Origin: Vicugna vicugna
Taxonomy: Eukaryota
Direction: 5' to 3'
Length of the DNA stretch: 64,000 nucleotides
Assembly: GCA_013265495.1 (NCBI GenBank)
Contig: MU057989.1
Coordinates: 883,513 to 947,512, forward strand
Positions 61,700 through 64,000 of the stretch are shown in pieces. Within the stretch, counting starts at the first letter, position 1, and every line of letters starts with the position of its first letter. The notes below the pieces were generated by a model. That model saw only the letters and a program-made list of their open reading frames with translations, did not search any database and was not told where the DNA came from. The translations under genes were made by a program, and so were the position numbers.

Positions 61700-62470
61700 C
61701 TTGTCATCGGGGGACACAAATCCAAGCCATAGTGAGATACCACTTCACACCCACTAGGGTGGCTATAATTAAAAAAAAAAAAAAACCCAGGTAATAACAA
61801 ATGCTGGTGAGATATCGAAACCCTCACACACTCCTGGTGGGAATGTAAAATGATGCAGCTGCTTTGGGAAACAGTCTGACAGTTCCTCAAAAGGTTAAAC
61901 ATGGAGTCACCATATGACCCAGCAAATTCCACTCCCACATACATACCCAAGAGAACTGAAAACTGACATCCACACAAAAACTTGTACACGAAAGTTCAGA
62001 GCAGCGTTATTCATAACAGTTTAACGTGGAAACAACTCAAATGTGCATAGGCTAGTGGACGGATAAACATAATGTGGTCTAACCACACAGTGGAATATTA
62101 CTCAGCCATAAAAGGGACAAAGCACTGCCACAGACTATAACATGGAAGAACCTTGAAAACATGATGCTCAGCGAAAGAAGCCAGATACAAAGGGTCACAT
62201 ATTGTGTTATTCCTTATATGAAATGTCCAGAACAGGCAAATCCACAGAGACAGAAAGCAGATTAGTGATTGTTTAGAGCTGGGATTGGGGAACTGGAGGA
62301 TTAGGGAAATGAGGATTATTGGGTGTAGGGTTTCTTTTTGGGGTGGTGAAAATATCCTAAAGATGATTATGGTGATGGATACACAACTCTGAGAATATAC
62401 TAAAAGCCACTGAATTGCACACATAAATAGTATGGCGTGTAAATGATATCTCAATAAAGCTGTTAAAAGG
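61700..62470 (+). mobile_element. L1MB-type ORF2 end and 3' UTR
   Basis: GATACCACTTCACACCCACTAGG...CATATGACCCAGCAAATTCCACTCC...TCTCAATAAAGCTGTTAAAA. Confidence 0.85.
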
Positions 62471-62682
62471 AAAAGGATTTTGGTAGTTCCAAGTCTCTTG
62501 CCAGCCTGTGTGGGGGCATCTCCTGTAATCCCTCCAGCCACTCCTGGGTCTGTGAAATGACTGATCTGAGCCAGGCGGGGTGAACAATAAAGGACTTTCT
62601 TATTATAATAAGTGCATGAAATAAAGGGGTACAGACTCCACCCTGAGGAACCCATAGAATGTGAGGAATAGAAAAGAAAATG

Positions 62683-62832
62683 AAGGGAGAGGAGATAGCT
62701 CAGTGGTAGAGCACATGCCTAGAATGCATGAGGTCCTGGGTTCAATCCCCAGTACCTCCATTAAAATAAGTAAATAAATAAACAAACCTAATTATCTCCC
62801 TCCCAAAAAACACACACACAAGCAAAAACCAA
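62683..62832 (+). mobile_element. tRNA-Ala-derived SINE
   Basis: A and B boxes present. TSD AATAGAAAAGAAAATG (62667-62682) / AATAGAAGAGAAAATG (62833-62848). Confidence 0.92.
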
Positions 62833-63189
62833 AATAGAAGAGAAAATGGCACCTGAAAGTTCAGAGCTAACAAGAATCTGTATGTAATGAATGGGTGCAG
62901 TGATCTGCAGTAACGAAAGAGAACGCTGGCCTGGCCTGCGAGGCTCTGTCCTGGGGGCTGCATCTTCCCTGGAGCCCTCTAGGTTCCCGTGTTCCCTGTG
63001 TACTTATTCCAGCATCACTGCAAGTCCCCCTCTCTGTCTCGTGGATAAGCTGGGTATATTCCCCAGGAGGCTCGAAGCTCCTTTAGGACCAAGATCTCTC
63101 ATTTATTTATCTTTTAATACTTGGTGTCTCTAAAACAGTAACTTATATACAGTAGGCACACAATAAATATTTGCTTTAAAAAAAAAGTG

Positions 63190-64000
63190 AGGTGGGTACT
63201 TCTACTTCCAGTAACCATGGTCTAGGTAATGGGTACCAATCTACCCAATAGAAACAACCAAAAGGGCTGCACAAAGTGTAGAAAACAGCAAAGAGCAAGC
63301 AAGAGCATGAGAACTACCGGGCCAACCCTCAGGAAGCCCAGAGATCTGCAGAGGCAAGCTCGGCACCATGGCTGCTCTCGTCCAGGGGCTGTTTGCTGAT
63401 CTGTAGAGACGGCCAAGAAGCTGAGCTGTGTGTTTTCCAATCTCATGGGGCTAGGAGGGGAAAGCCAGAATCCAGGCCTGCCGTCTGTGCAGACCCTGCA
63501 CAAACACCCCTGGTTTGGGTTGGTTTCAAAGAGCAGCATGTTAGGAGAGTGACCTGGAAGCAGTGCAGGTGCGGCATGACTGGAGCCCAATGGCAAGTCA
63601 CTGGGCGGCCCAGACAATACCCAGCCCTGGAGTAGGATTAAGGTGGTCCCATACTGCTAATGTCCCCAGGTTCCCAGCAAAAGAAAAAGAAAGCCTATTT
63701 GGAGTAAGAGAGCATCATCCCAGCCCTGGATTACCCTACAAATAATTTTTCAAACACAAAGTCCAGCTCATAGATAACCAGCCTCAAGAGGTGACTTGAT
63801 AGTAAGAACAAGAACCAGCAGGAACAACTGGCCATGGATACAGCTCCACAGGCTCCTGGATATTAGAATCAGACACAGACTATAAACACAGCTCTGCTTG
63901 CTGTATTTAAGAAGATAAATACCAGGCTTGAAAATGTTGGCAGCCAAGCGGAGATTGTATTTTAAACATCTATGAGAAGTTCTGAAAAAGAATCAAATAG
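63190..64000 (+). mobile_element. Probable ancient L1 5' region (runs off the edge)
   Basis: GATATTAGAATCAGACACAGACTATAAA...ATTTAAGAAGATAAA...AAGAATCAAATAG resembles old L1 ORF1 leaders. Confidence 0.5.

Noticed and set aside
5818..62832. Nine apparent tRNA genes
   Set aside because: All are bounded by TSDs and share a 5' G-rich extension, and most have a common SINE tail and acceptor-stem mismatches. They are SINEs, not annotated as tRNA.
1..64000. CRISPR array, operon or other prokaryote-type system
   Set aside because: The sequence is mammalian. There is no regularly spaced repeat-spacer array, and the dispersed repeats are SINEs, LINEs, LTRs and MITEs.

Overview
Mammalian genomic DNA, most likely a camelid (camel/alpaca/llama), inferred from nine copies of a tRNA-Ala-derived SINE that I recognise as the camelid Vic-1 type. 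The only supportable gene is the 5' end of CREBBP (CBP) on the minus strand: coding exon 1 (29487-29571, 85 nt), a 20.8 kb intron 1, exon 2 (7942-8654, 713 nt) and part of intron 2 running off the left edge. The CpG-island promoter and 5' UTR (~29.1-31.3 kb) is interrupted by a 478-nt N gap. The ~33 kb upstream is non-coding: a heavily nested L1/L2/MaLR/SINE block (~33-51 kb), then a GC-richer tract with candidate AP-1 and CTCF sites. None of the other ORF-track entries looks like a real gene. I found no convincing novel multi-gene system. The best leads are modest and speculative: a translatable exon-2 circle, SINE heads that still fold as tRNA-Ala bodies with switched anticodons, and several informative retrotransposition junctions. 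Repeat family names are from pattern recognition only, and their boundaries are approximate unless a target-site duplication (TSD) is quoted.
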